Below the pieces are notes generated by a model that saw only the letters and a program-made list of their open reading frames with translations, was not told the origin of the DNA and searched no databases. Of a stretch of DNA of 64,000 nucleotides, positions 47,536 through 59,900 are shown piece by piece (positions within the stretch are counted from its first letter, which is position 1; every line of letters starts with the position of its first letter). The position numbers and the translations under genes were made by a program. This stretch comes from Plasmodiophora brassicae (taxonomy: Eukaryota): assembly GCA_036867785.1 (NCBI GenBank), contig CP145414.1:682001-746000 (forward strand). The letters run 5' to 3'.

Positions 47536-49641
47536 ATGACGACGAATGGCAGGGCCCGGTTAGCAGTACTGCTAATGGCGTTCAGCCTTGGTGTTCGCAT
47601 GGGTCGCGGGCAATGTGAAAACGCGCCGTACCCGCTGGACGGCCCATATGCAGGCTTATGTGGCGCACAGAACGGCGATCATGGCTGCTTTGCCGACAAC
47701 CCTTGCTGCAGTGCATACGGATGGTAGGTAACATGATGTGATGAACCAACGGTGCCCGTATGCCATGGACGTCAATTTAGGATATGGAATCTGCAGGTGC
47801 GGGTCGGGAGACGCCTGGTGTAGTACCAATCAATGTCAGTCGCCAATGCCCAGTCCGACTCCGCAACCAACCCCGTCTCCAACACCAAGACCAGCACCAC
47901 AACCTACACCACGCCCAACTCCTAGTCCGACACCATCGCCGACCCCTGCGCCTACACCACGGCCGACCCCTGCACCTACTCCACAGCCGACCCCTGCACC
48001 TACACCACAACCGACGCCTGCACCTACGCCCCAGCCGACACCTGCACCTACTCCCCAGCCGACACCTGCTCCTACACCCAAGCCGACACCTGCACCTACA
48101 CCCCAACCGACTCCTGCGCCTACGCCTGCGCCTACGCCTGCGCCTACGCCTGCGCCTACGCCTGCGCCTACGCCTGCGCCTACGCCTGCGCCTACACCTG
48201 CACCTACGCCTGCGCCTACGCCTGCGCCTACACCTGCGCCTACACCTGCGCCTACGCCTGCGCCTACACCTGCGCCTACACCTGCGCCAACGCCCCAGCC
48301 TACACCTGCGCCAACGCCCCAGCCTACACCTGCGCCAACGCCCCAGCCTACACCTGCACCTACGCCGCGCCCACCACCTGCGCCTACGCCTGCGTCAACA
48401 CCCCAGCCGATACCTACGCCTACGCCCCAGCTGACCCCTGCACCTACACCACAACCGACCCCTGCCCCAACACCGCCCCCGACACCTGCCCCTACGCCAA
48501 GTCCAACGCTGAGTCCGACTCCAAGTCCAACGCCAAGCCCAACACCTAACTCAACTCCGAGTCCAACACCAAGCCCGACGCCTGAGCCAACTCCCAGCCC
48601 AACACCGAACCCAGCACCAAGCCCGACACCAAGTACTTCGGGCCCAACGCCACGTCCGACGCCAAGCTCCACGCCGAGTCCAACACCGGCTCCGACTCCA
48701 AGCCCAGCACAGAATCGTACACCTGCCCCAACGCCAACGCCAGCACCAAGTCCTGGAGCAGCGCCAGGGCCATCGTCTGGATCTAGGACTGTCGCAGCAC
48801 GGTCCAGTCCAAACGTTTCGGTTCCATCGCGTAATACGGGCCGTGTTCAGACGCCCAACGTGACTCGCAGGTCGTCTTCTTTTCGGTTTCGAGGTCGGTA
48901 CCACTGCTTTCTGCTATTGAGAGCCTTTCGTTGCCCCAGTAACTCGTACTTACAGGACCCGGTCGCACCACATACGTCACGCCAGGGCAGATCATCGTCC
49001 CCGATACGCGTCATACCACTGTGGTTTTTCGTATCGTGCCTCACCTATCCGGCCCGGGGTGCTAAAACGTACTCGCAGGTGTATCGACACGTCTTCCCAA
49101 CTGTCGTGAATCCCGTCACCCGGCAAGCACCGACAATGACAGCAACACACGTACGGAACCGTTTCCCGTTGCTCTCGAGTGGGTATTGTTGACAGGAGAG
49201 CAGGGCCCTGCGGATTCGGCTGCCAGCAACAGGTCGCTGGCGTCGCAGCTCGCATTGACTCCTGTGCTGGCTATCGGGGCAATCCTGCTGATCGTCATAT
49301 TGGCTATCGCTGTCGTCATGTCGACGGATGTCTGCTTCCGTCGGGCACTGGCGACCGCGACAACGCAGAGCGCCGTTTTGGCGTCCAGCAAAGCGTCTGC
49401 GTTCGGGTCGCCCAGTAACCAGGAACACTTATGGGACGGGGAAGCGAACCATGTCGAGGCGAACGTTGCTCGTCCAGTCCAATCATATTCTTACTTTGGA
49501 AGTCCGCATGCCGAGCCACCTGCAAGTCCACGCCAGTCGCGCGCCCCGAAATCGTTCCACCTGCCCTACAAGTTAACGGACGGGACGGATGACACCTGGG
49601 ATCCCAACTACCCAGATTCAACCGCTCCGACAACAGGCTAG
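47536..49641 (+). CDS. Type I membrane protein: signal peptide, hevein/CBM18 chitin-binding domain, long Pro-Thr stalk, TM, cytoplasmic tail (paralogue 1)
   Basis: [30 protein letters not shown]; about 300 aa of [32 protein letters not shown]. Confidence 0.88.
47848..48760 (+). repeat. Coding minisatellite (12/24-bp units; [12 protein letters not shown]), near-perfect CCTGCGCCTACG run at about 48113-48290
   Basis: Directly visible tandem repeats. Confidence 0.95.
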
Positions 49642-51218
49642 TGATAAACCTTTCGTCCAGAACGACGCACATGGCGAGCGAGACGACCACTACTGAATAT
49701 GCACATAGCCTGCATGTTGCCGACGTCAAGGCGATCCACGAGCAAGAACGTAGATACGCAGCATGCGAGTTGATGGCCGGCGGGCGGCCCCCAGGATTTA
49801 TTCTGATCCGCTGCATCGCCAGACGCGAACGGTACGATCGTACGAGCACGCAGCGAGTTCCCCGGTATGCACATTGACGTCCATATCGCGCTGAACAGAA
49901 GTGCAGGCATTAGAACCCTGATGACAGCCGTCGAACAGTTTGCCTTACAATCTGCTTACGATGGCGACGCAGTTGCCCAACGGCGCGACGCGAACGAAGT
50001 TCCCAGGTCACGATGGAGGCGTCCTGAGAGGTGGAGTAAACGACCGCATCGTTCGGGGAGAACGACGTCCTCGGTGTGCTGTACTCATCGTTGACGGCGC
50101 CGTATAACGCGAATAGGGGCCCGACGGTACTCGGATGGACGACGACAGCGCGATTGCGATCGGTCGTCGCCATCATCAGACCTGGGAATCCGTTCGCGGC
50201 ACATAGGTCGATGCAAGCGAAGCTGACATGCTCGTCCCCATGCGTGTTCAGGGATAGGCGTTGTCTGACAGCCATTGCGGCACCGTCGTACATATGCAAT
50301 TCGTGGCTGTCGCGAATGCTGTACACCAGAGTGGACGACGAAGGGAGCCAAGTCAACGATTCCGGCGTCGCCGTTAGGAACACCTGTTTGACGGTACCCC
50401 ATGAGCCGTCGCGACCCTCCTCTTTCGATAGGCAGATGGTCTTGTCCAGCCCAGCGGTCGCCAGCAGCAACCCGTCCGGTGACCACCGGGCACGCGTGAC
50501 ATGCTTCTTATCGTGAAGGTCTGCAACGTAGACTTGCGACGCGTTCTCCACGTCGATGATGCTGACGGAGCCGTTCATGCAGGCGACGGCCAGCATGTTA
50601 TGCCGGACAGGGTTGAAATCCAGAGCGAGTACGGGGCCCGACACGCCGATGCGCCTGACTTGTTGCTTCGTGTCGACGTCGCAGATGACGACGTGGCCGT
50701 CAGCACCACCGGATGCAATGAGCCGCGTGTTGTTCGGCTGCCAGGCGACAGCGATTATATTGGCAGCATGGTGGCCGGCCAGACACTGCTCGGTGTCGGG
50801 ATCGGGGACGACGCCAGCGCCCTCGGTTGACACCTGACAATAACGCGTCAGCAGTGGGACACTGACGACCAATTAAGGAACGCGCCCGACGAGTCGCTCC
50901 ATGATGGCGTCGCGCGGGTCTGCCGCGTTGCCCGACTTCTCCCTTGCCGCCTGCATGTCATCATACAGGCTGAGTGCGTTCAGCAGCGTATCGGGCGGCA
51001 CGTCGTCGGCAGCGTAGTCGCCGGGGCGCGCCCCTCTGTCGCGCACGCTCTTGTCAGCGCCATGACAAGCACACGCCCGCCATCCCCTTATACAGTTCGG
51101 CACGCAGCGCCCGAAGCGATGCATCCAGGTTCTGGTCGCTCAGGAACTGCATGACAGCGGCCAGCGCCCGCGCTTGCGGGTGCGGCGGCCGGTGCACCCG
51201 ATCCGATGGCGACGCCAT
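49638..51218 (-). CDS. LisH + WD40 repeat protein; 3' end uncertain
   Basis: [21 protein letters not shown] (LisH); WD40 blades [45 protein letters not shown]. Confidence 0.85.
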
Positions 51219-51546
51219 CGCCAGCAACGACGACGACCACCCTCGCACGTGTGAACGGCGCCGCCGCGGCGCGCAGGTACGTACGGTCCGTTTCGCGGCG
51301 GCAGACGACGTCCGTTTCCAAACGGGCGCGGCGCGCTCGTCTCGTCTCGCGTCGCCCCGCACGTTTCACTTTCAGTACAGCGACTCGCAGAGGGTACGAC
51401 GGCAAGCGCGATGAGGAGCGCCGCGCCGGCCGATATCTTGTGTACGCCTAGCGCCATGCGGGGCCGATACCGTATGCGAGATATCTGCCCGTCTGTGTCC
51501 CATATCGTTGACGACGAACCGCTGCTGTACCTGCAGGAGAGTCGTG

Positions 51547-52884
51547 ATGCGAGGGACGCGGCTGGCCGCCGCGTTCCTGCTGGCGGCGGCGACGTGCAGC
51601 GGCGTCGGCGTCCGGCTGGGCGTCGCGCAATGTGAGAACCCGCCGTATCCGACGAACGGGCCGAGCGCCGGCCTCTGCGGTGCACAGAACGGCAATCGCG
51701 GGTGCTTCGCAGCGAACCCCTGCTGCAGCGCCACCGGATGGTACCGCAGCAGCAATGTTCGTCGCTGACCCGACACGCCCGGGTGACCAGTGTGCCGCAC
51801 CTGTGCAGGTGCGGTTCGGGAGACGCCTGGTGCAGCACGAACCAGTGCCAGTCGGCAACAGCGCCCAGCCCGACACCGCTGCCGACGCCTTCGCCAACGC
51901 CGAGGCCCACCCCGCGGCCAACGCCACGCCCGACGCCGATCCCGACGCCCCAGCCCACGCCTGCCCCCACCCCACAGCCGACGCCGAACCCGACGCCGAA
52001 TCCAACGCCGACCCCCGCTCCACGTCCAACGCCGGGCCCCACGCCACGTCCTACACCCATCCCGACGTCACGATGGGCAACACCGCCGGCTACCCGGCAA
52101 CGAACAAGTGCCTTCTTGGGTCGGCCAACAACAGGGAGACGCACACCCGGGCCAACGCCCGCACCGACCAGCATCCGCCCGACGGCGACCCCAGCGCCTG
52201 CCCGTCCTTCGCGAGCGCGGCGCCTGTCTACGCCAGGTTCGTACGCGAGGGTCGGCACGTTTATCTCCATCTGACGTGCACGAACCAGGGACCCTGCTGA
52301 CCCGGCGTACGTCGCCGTCCGTCTCGGCACAGTCGGCGATTGCCGCCACAATACGGTCTGCCACATCGGTTCGTGCCCATCGTACGCGGATACGCTGGGG
52401 ATTCGGCTCGCCTGATTCGCTGGTGACATGACGTCAGCGCACGACCATGAGGAAGGCGGGGGCGTCCAACAACGATGAAAGCGTCCTGTCGTACACGGTC
52501 GGGTCGGTCCCGATCTGGGTCATTGCCACCGGGTTCGGCATCATCGTCACGACCGTCCTCGTCCTCGGCTGGGCCGACGTCTGCCATCGGCGGGCGGTAG
52601 GGATGTTCGGGCCGCGCCCAGGCGGAACAGGCACGATGGCAGCCGTCGTTGGACGACGACCTGCGAGCCGGATGCGGGGTGGCCAGCGCGACCAGCTCGG
52701 CATGGCCATCAACGACGGGCCGGAGCCGTCTCCCCTGGCAGACCAGGTTCGTGGTCGTCAGACGACGTCCCCGAACGTTCTGCGTTCCCCAAGCAGCCGA
52801 CTGCCGTCGTTCCGACTACCGGATCCCAACGCGACCTGGTCTCCGAACTATCCCGACTCGACCGAGCCGTCTGGGCTCGACTAG
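51547..52884 (+). CDS. CBM18 / Pro-Thr stalk / TM protein (paralogue 2)
   Basis: [60 protein letters not shown] stalk; [22 protein letters not shown]. Confidence 0.88.
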
Positions 52885-53007
52885 GTAGACCCTGCACGCT
52901 CCGGGGCAATACACATAGACGTGGGTTAGATACGTTGACAGGCGCCCGTTCTGGAGATTTCTGGGGCACGTTGCCATATATCTATCGAACAGGGTATCCC
53001 CTAGTTA

Positions 53008-54292
53008 ATGTCGACCATGTGGGCAGCCGTTGCTGCCCTGTCGCTGGCGTACCTGCTGGATGTCGGCGAGGCACAGGCACCCTGCAGCAGCCCGGTCATC
53101 GACCCGGTCACTGGGGCGTGCGGTGGGGCGGCCAGCAACTACCAAAGCTGTAGGACGTCGATTGTCGTCGATGGTCATGTGAGATGATGGAAGTACGTCT
53201 GTAGGCGACATTGGCAACTGCTGCAGCCAGTATGGATAGTAAGCCGCATGTCATTGCCAGTGCTTGCCTGTCACCAGGGCTGACGCTGTGGACAGCTGTG
53301 GGAACACGGTTGACTACTGCAATACGTTATCGATATGCCCAGCAGCGACAGCCGCGCCGACACCCAGACCGACGCCGGCTCCTACACCAGCGCCAACACC
53401 AGCGCCAACACCCAGACCAACGCCTGCGCCGACGCCAGCTCCAACGCCAGCACCAACGCCGGCTCCAACGCCAGCACCAACGCCGGCTCCAACGCCAGCA
53501 CCAACGCCGGCTCCAACACCAGCACCGACACCAGCGCCAACACCAGCGCCAACCCCGGCGCCAACTCCCGCGCCGACACCAGCACCGACACCAGCACCGA
53601 CGCCTTCGCTGACACCAGCACCGACGCCTTCACCGACGCCAGCACCGACACAAGCCTCGGCAGCACCTTCGCCATCGCAGACGCCATCTCCCGCTTCCCC
53701 AACACCACGACCGCCATCAGCACAGCCGGGCGTGTCGCCGAGCCCGTCGCCAAGGCCCCAGCCCACTCCGTCACCGACACCGACTTCTCTCCCCAGGCGC
53801 ATGCCGACATCGCCCCTGTCGCCTGGTCAGTCCCGCCCGGGTGTCACGCTAGGCGTCAAGCGCCCGTCGACGACGGCAGCAACCCGGCCGCTGCATCAGT
53901 CGCAGGCGCCGCAGCAACAACAGCAGCAACAGCAGGCGCCATCGGCCACTGCGCCGTCCTGGTACGCGCAGACGCTGTGGACGGTGCCCGTCTGGATGAT
54001 GATGATCATCATCGTGATCGTCGTCATCGCCATCGGCATCGTCTGCAAGGTCGAGGCCGGCCTGCGCAAGTCGCAGCAGATGGCCCCGGCGGCGTTCATG
54101 CAGACGGGGCCGATCGCCCTGACCGGCAACTCGGTCTGGGGCGCCGCGCCGCCCTCGATCTACGGCAGCGACCAGTTCGCCCCGGCCGCCGACATCAACG
54201 GCGTCCCCATGCAACGATCGTCCATGCAGTACTTCCAGGCCGGTCCCCACAATGTGGCCGCCCAGGTGAGACCCTCTGCCACCTATTTCTGA
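53008..54292 (+). CDS. CBM18 / Pro-Thr stalk / TM protein (paralogue 3, more divergent)
   Basis: Signal peptide [45 protein letters not shown] stalk at about 53353-53790; poly-[22 protein letters not shown]. Confidence 0.82.
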
Positions 54293-54353
54293 ACCGATAC
54301 GCCAATGCCCTGTCTACCTACCACGTCCTGTCGTTTCTGTATATGTAGAACGG

Positions 54354-56860
54354 TTAGGACGGTGCGGCAGCATCCCCTGGCGGTTGCTGTTGGTGGTGGT
54401 GGTGCTGCTGCTGCTGCTGTTTCGCTATGCGGTTGGCCGTGATCGCGGCCGACGTCGAACTGAGCGTGCCGGTCCCCGCGTTCATGTTCGCCACGGTGCC
54501 GAGCAATTCGGCCTGCTGCTTCAGCATGAGCTCCATGCGGTTCCTGACGAGCAGCACCCAGTTGGCGTCGTCGTCGGCGGGCTTGTCCGCGTACATGGGC
54601 TTCTTGTCCAGCGCGGCCAGGTCCCTGTAGAACATTGACACGGCGGCGATCGGCGCCATGCCAAAGATCTCCAGATACTCTTTCGCGAACACGTAGAGCC
54701 ACTCGGCCTCGCCGGATTCCACGACCGCATAGAACGTGTTCGACAGGAGCGCGATCTGCGATGCACCATCGGTGGGCCGTGGGCGATCAACCAGCGACAG
54801 AGCGACGAGCGCGTACCAGGATGTTAACCAGGACGACGACGACAACGATCTCGTACAGAATGTACATGGTCTGCCCCATAGACACGTTGTCGGGCGGTAG
54901 GTCGCTGGCGAAGATCGAGTAGTCGACGTCTGCGGCAGAGCTGGCTGTTAGCACAACGGATGTGCAGGGCGCACCTGAACGGCGAGCGCGACCTCCAAAC
55001 ACCCATCGGAACATGACCATGACGACGCTCTTGTACTGGAGGGCGACGCCCTCCCTGAACAGAGCGTAGAACGCGCTCGTGAACGGCAGGTAGAACGGCA
55101 GGAAGAACGCGAAGAACCGCGCGATATCGTTCATCATGACGATGACCATGGACACCTGCAAAGGCAGTCGTCAGCGGCCAGGTCACACGAGCCGACCGCG
55201 CTAGAGCATGGGAAACGAGACCATCATCCCCGTCGCCTGGGGGACGCACGCGAAGCGCAGGAACTTGACGCCGAACAGGATCTGGACGACGGCGGTGCCG
55301 TTGACCCAGTTGGCGGTCCACGTCTGGCGGCGCCCGCAGAACACCATCAGCTGTGTGATCAGCACGAACGTCAGCGCCGACTGCAGGAACAGGTCGGCGA
55401 CGTTCCAGATCGACGTCGCCCAGGCCCGCCCGCCCACTATCCACATCGCACGACCCGCCCTGTAATTCGACCGCACCGCCAGGACGACGACTGTTGCCCC
55501 GCCACCCGTCATTCCAGAGGACGACGATGGACAACGCGATTGCAGATACCGATCGCATAGAGGACGTAGGCGTTCCATGGCAGCGTGGCGCCCGCCTGCA
55601 GATCGGCGACGATGGGCCACGCGTACAGCAGGCCAGCGAAGCACAGGACGAAGAGCGTGTACTCGACGACCAGCATGCGCCAGATTCGCTGACAGACGCG
55701 CTGCCATCCCTCGTGGAGGACCGCCTTGACTATCGGCGTCTCGAGCAGGTCCTTGCGTTTGTACTTGACGACAAGCGACAGGGCGGACAGGCGCTCCTCA
55801 CTGGGCGCCGCCACCTTGCCGGCCTTCTCGCTGACGTCGCCAGGGACGACGCCCGTCGTGATGCCTTCCCGGGCGCCGCCGCCGTCCTTCGGGTGGAAAT
55901 CCCGAAACAGGACCTGCGTCCCGTTGCTGTGGACGAACAGCTTCAGGAAGCGGTGCCTCCAGATGGCACCCGACCCCAACTGCTTCTTCTGCTCGCTGCG
56001 CGACATGAGCATCTCCTTGGCCAGTTCAGGGCAGACGCTCAGGGCCATGGCGAACGGCGCGTTGCCGGCGCCGTCTTCCTGGAACGCGGGCGCGCCGCTT
56101 TCCAGCAGCAACGACCCGATCTCTGCATCCGGGGCCCAGTACAGCATCGCGTGCAACGGCGACCTGCCGCACTCGTCGACGGTCGTCAGCGACGCCCCAT
56201 GCCGAACCAGGACGTCTGGGCAGGCGGATCAGCAAACACGCTCGCGTTGCATGGGGCGCAGCAGCGTACGAAACCTAATGTGGGGTACGATCCAGAGCTG
56301 GCGGCCGCGTGCGCCAACGTGGCGAACTGGTTCCCGGATGGGTCGTCACGAGCGACGGGTGACGCTGACGTCACCGAGTAGCCGAGCTCGATGATGAGCT
56401 CCAGGACGCTCGCTTGTCCATATGACGCCTGCGACGCGCGCTGAGATCGCAGGGGGTGGTGGTGGTGGTGCACAACGAGGGTTACCGCGATGAAGGCGGC
56501 GTGGTGCCTGTCGGGGCGAACGTTCGCGGCGGTCGGTGCCGGCCAGTCCAGCCGAGCGCCGCCTCTCGACACAAGCGCATTGATGAGATTGCACATGGCC
56601 TGCTGCGATACGTTCGACGTGGACGGGTCGACGACCGTGCACAGCGGGGTTAGCCCCGTTTCCGGGTACAGGAAGTTCCATTCGGTGCCCGGGTTGTCGT
56701 TCACGAGGCGAAGGGCGCCTGCGGGATCGTTCGCGAGGACGGCCTTCGCGAACGCCGATCGGTACGACGCCGGGTCATGCGTTGCCGTCATTGGGACAGC
56801 AACGGCACCGGCAACATCACTGGGATCGGGCTGGGCGGTTGCCAGGCCTGCGTCCGCCAT
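54354..56860 (-). CDS. Ankyrin-repeat TRP-like cation channel (TRPV/TRPA-like); multi-exon
   Basis: Ankyrin repeats (GLTPLC, TLAHAAASSG, DGAGNAPFAMA), LLETPIVKAVLHEGW, WNVADL, S5 NDIARFFAFF, S6/TRP-box VVVVLVNILIALLSNTFYAVVESGEAEW. Confidence 0.85.
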
Positions 56861-56954
56861 GCTAGGCGTGTGCATGACCAGCGCAGGTCTACCCCCAGGC
56901 GATCGCCTACGCAAGGGTACCCGGCAGCGATCAGACGGCCATGAAATGCTGTAT

Positions 56955-59900
56955 TTAGGGGGCAGTCAGTTGGCTGATCTCGATCCGGCCCTCAGCAGAT
57001 CGCGCGAGGAGCACCATCAGCAGACGTCCCAGGTCGTTGCTGCCGACGGCCTGGCAGTAAGCCCGTTCAGCAATCGCAAGTATCAACGGCCTGCCCGCGT
57101 CGTCCAGTACCTGATCGAACTGTCGAACGGTGACGAATCCGGCATTGTCCTGATCGGCGATGGATAACTGTCGACGAAGGGCGTCGAGTTCGTCGGGAAG
57201 CGCTTCCCGTAATGCCATAGACAGCATCGACGCACGCCAGTCGCCGATGTCGGCGGCGACCCAGTCGGAGACGACGAGGCGGTTCTCCTCGGAGGCAACG
57301 TTGTTGGCGTCTGCGAAGCGGTCCAGCGCCGCCTCCAGTGAGTCGGCATTCGACAGGACTTCGGCCAGTTGCAGAGCCGGTCCGAATCGAGTCGCCCCCC
57401 TCGGCATCGTCCCTGCGAATGCGCTCTCCACTCGGTCGCGCACGTCGTCGTAAAGTGTGACGCTCCTGTCAACGACGATGTCGACGCCGTCGACGACCTT
57501 CATTGGATGATACAGGACGGATTCGCTCTAGCAGGTCGGGGAATCATTACGATGGGCCAGCGTCCGGTCGTACAACGAAGCGAAATACCTCGATCGTCTG
57601 ACGAATGAGGTGCAAGGCTGGGTCGATGCAGGCGCGTTCCTTCAACTGCCGATCTGCAGCGATGCTGCGAAGGGTGTCCTGCAGCGCCGTCAGCGAGAGC
57701 GTACCCCGATTCGTGATGGGCACGGGCGGTACGATGAGTTGGTTGGCGTGATTGCACAGGTCGCGAAGCTGAACCTCTCCACGGGCCGCCAGGCGCCTGC
57801 ACCGATTACGGGTCACGATCCGCTCCTGACGTACCTGCCCGATGGTTGCGTGTTCAGAGTCGGCCCGCGACACACACTCAGAAACGAATGAAGGCGTTCA
57901 CCAGTGGTGTCTCCACGATGTCGTCCTTGCCGGTGGCGAGGTCGATGCAGAGGCGGCAGGCTCGCGACAGCGCGTCCAACGCACGTGCACTGGTGTACCG
58001 GCCGGTGTTGTCGATAACGCTGCTGCCGGTGCTGCTGTCGGGGGTGGTCGCGGGCGCCAGCGTCGCAGCAGGTTTCGCTGCTGCTGGCGCTGCTGGTCCA
58101 CCGCCGCCAGCAGCAGCACCTTTCTTCACGGGCGTCGTCTCCACAGCCGCAGGCACTGGTCATCCACGTGTTAGTGGGGCGGCCAAGCGAACGGATCCTG
58201 GCGCGCGCGTACCTTCACCGTTGTTGCCATCGATACGTAACGGCGTCGGTGTAGTGGGAGGTGGAGGGCGCCCGCCTTTGCACCGGTCCAGGTCGTCGAA
58301 GAACAGGATCGCCGACTGGTGTCGCCCAGCTTCCGCTTGCAGCAGGGACAGGAACCGCTCCAGGCACAGGTCCGCTTGCCGCTCGAACCACGGGTCCTGG
58401 AGGAACGTTCACCACGAGGGCCAGCACGACAGAACGTGGTGGGGGACCTTGAGGATCCGGTCGATAGCGTCGCTGGTCTCCCTGTTCTTCGCGTCGAGAA
58501 TGGCGACAAGGCCAGCGGCCAGCTCGCGCGCGCGTTCATGCAGCTGAGCATCGCTGGTCAACGCAGGTCGGCAATGGCATACCCCCATCGATGCACGTGT
58601 ACCTCGTCTTTGATGACGTCCTCGACTCGCATGACGCGCGGGATGGCGTTGAATTCCCCGACGAACTTGTCGATCAGCGCCTGGCGGGGGTCGTCGCGCG
58701 TCACAAACGACCCGAACTTGGCGATCGTGTCCGAGAAGAACTCAACGGCCGGATGCCGGCTCCTGCCCACGATCGTTACCAATCGTAGCGATCGCCGTCC
58801 AGGCACGACCCTACAGGCGGTCGTTGCGGAACACGTTCTGGACCTGTGCCACGTAGGCCGTCTCGATCGACATCCATTGCCGGTAGAGACGGTCGACCAG
58901 GTCGCGGTCCAGAAAGTCAGCGGCGACATCTGCTGGCTCCTTCATAGCGCCGTCCTGAGCGGCCGCTACCGGAGCCGGCCCCACATCCGCACCGACGTCC
59001 TTCTTCTTGCCCTTGACGACCCGCTCGACCACCGCAATCGCGTCCGATATCACAGACGCCGGCTCCCCAGCACCGTTCACCGTATGTAGGACCTACATCG
59101 GGTACGTCAGCAGCAGGGACACAAAGGCAATGGACCAAGGACAATGGCGCGCCTGGAAAAGGTTCAGGAAGGCGGACAGGGGCGGGTACTTGCGGCTCCA
59201 TGCGAACAGCTCCTCGGGCACCTGCTCGTTGACGATGATGGCGTCCCGGCCAGGCAGGTCGACGAGGCGCTCCTTGACGACCTGGTCGAACGGCGGGTCG
59301 GCACCGTCCAGCCAGTACGTATCGCCCGTCATCGGATCGATACGTCGCCCCAGCGCGCGACGCTCCACCGCCGAATCGTCCAGGTCGACGTGCAGCACGA
59401 CCGCCATCTTCGAGCACCCGAACGGCGGCCGCTCGACGGCCGGGACGCCATCCGGGTACGGCACGATGTCGGACGCGCGATCCCGACCGGCGTTCCCGTT
59501 GGCGTCTGGCGCTGGGCCCGGGATCGTAAACCCAGACAGCGCCCGCTCCAGCAGGGCGGCCTGCGTCACCGACGTGGGGAACCCGTCGACGACAACGCCA
59601 GCGGCCTGCTGGCCGCACGTGACGATTGCATTGCAGACCAGGTTGACGAACGCGTTGTCGTCCGAGACGGGCCCCGTTGCCAGCGCGTCAACGTCGATAA
59701 CGACGTAGGACAGGGACCTGGCGATCGCGTTCGCGACCGTCGTCTTCCCTGAGAAGCGCTTCCCGATGACAAAGACAAGGTCGGCGTTCGTTGCGATTGC
59801 CGGCGCCAGCGGTGGCTGAACGGTGGCGCGACCCACGACATCGTGGACGGCGCGTCCCAGGGCGCTCGCATCGGTTTCCGACTCCAGAAGGCCATCGGCC

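Noticed and set aside
47836-48672. Antisense Gly-Val-Gly-Ala (silk/elastin-like) ORF and Arg-Leu repeat ORFs, also at 53314-53810
   Set aside because: These are shadow frames of the Pro-Thr-Pro-Ala repeat; the sense frame has a signal peptide, CBM18 domain and TM.
47848-48760. CRISPR-like array
   Set aside because: Contiguous 12/24-bp coding repeats with no unique spacers, no cas genes, and a eukaryotic context.
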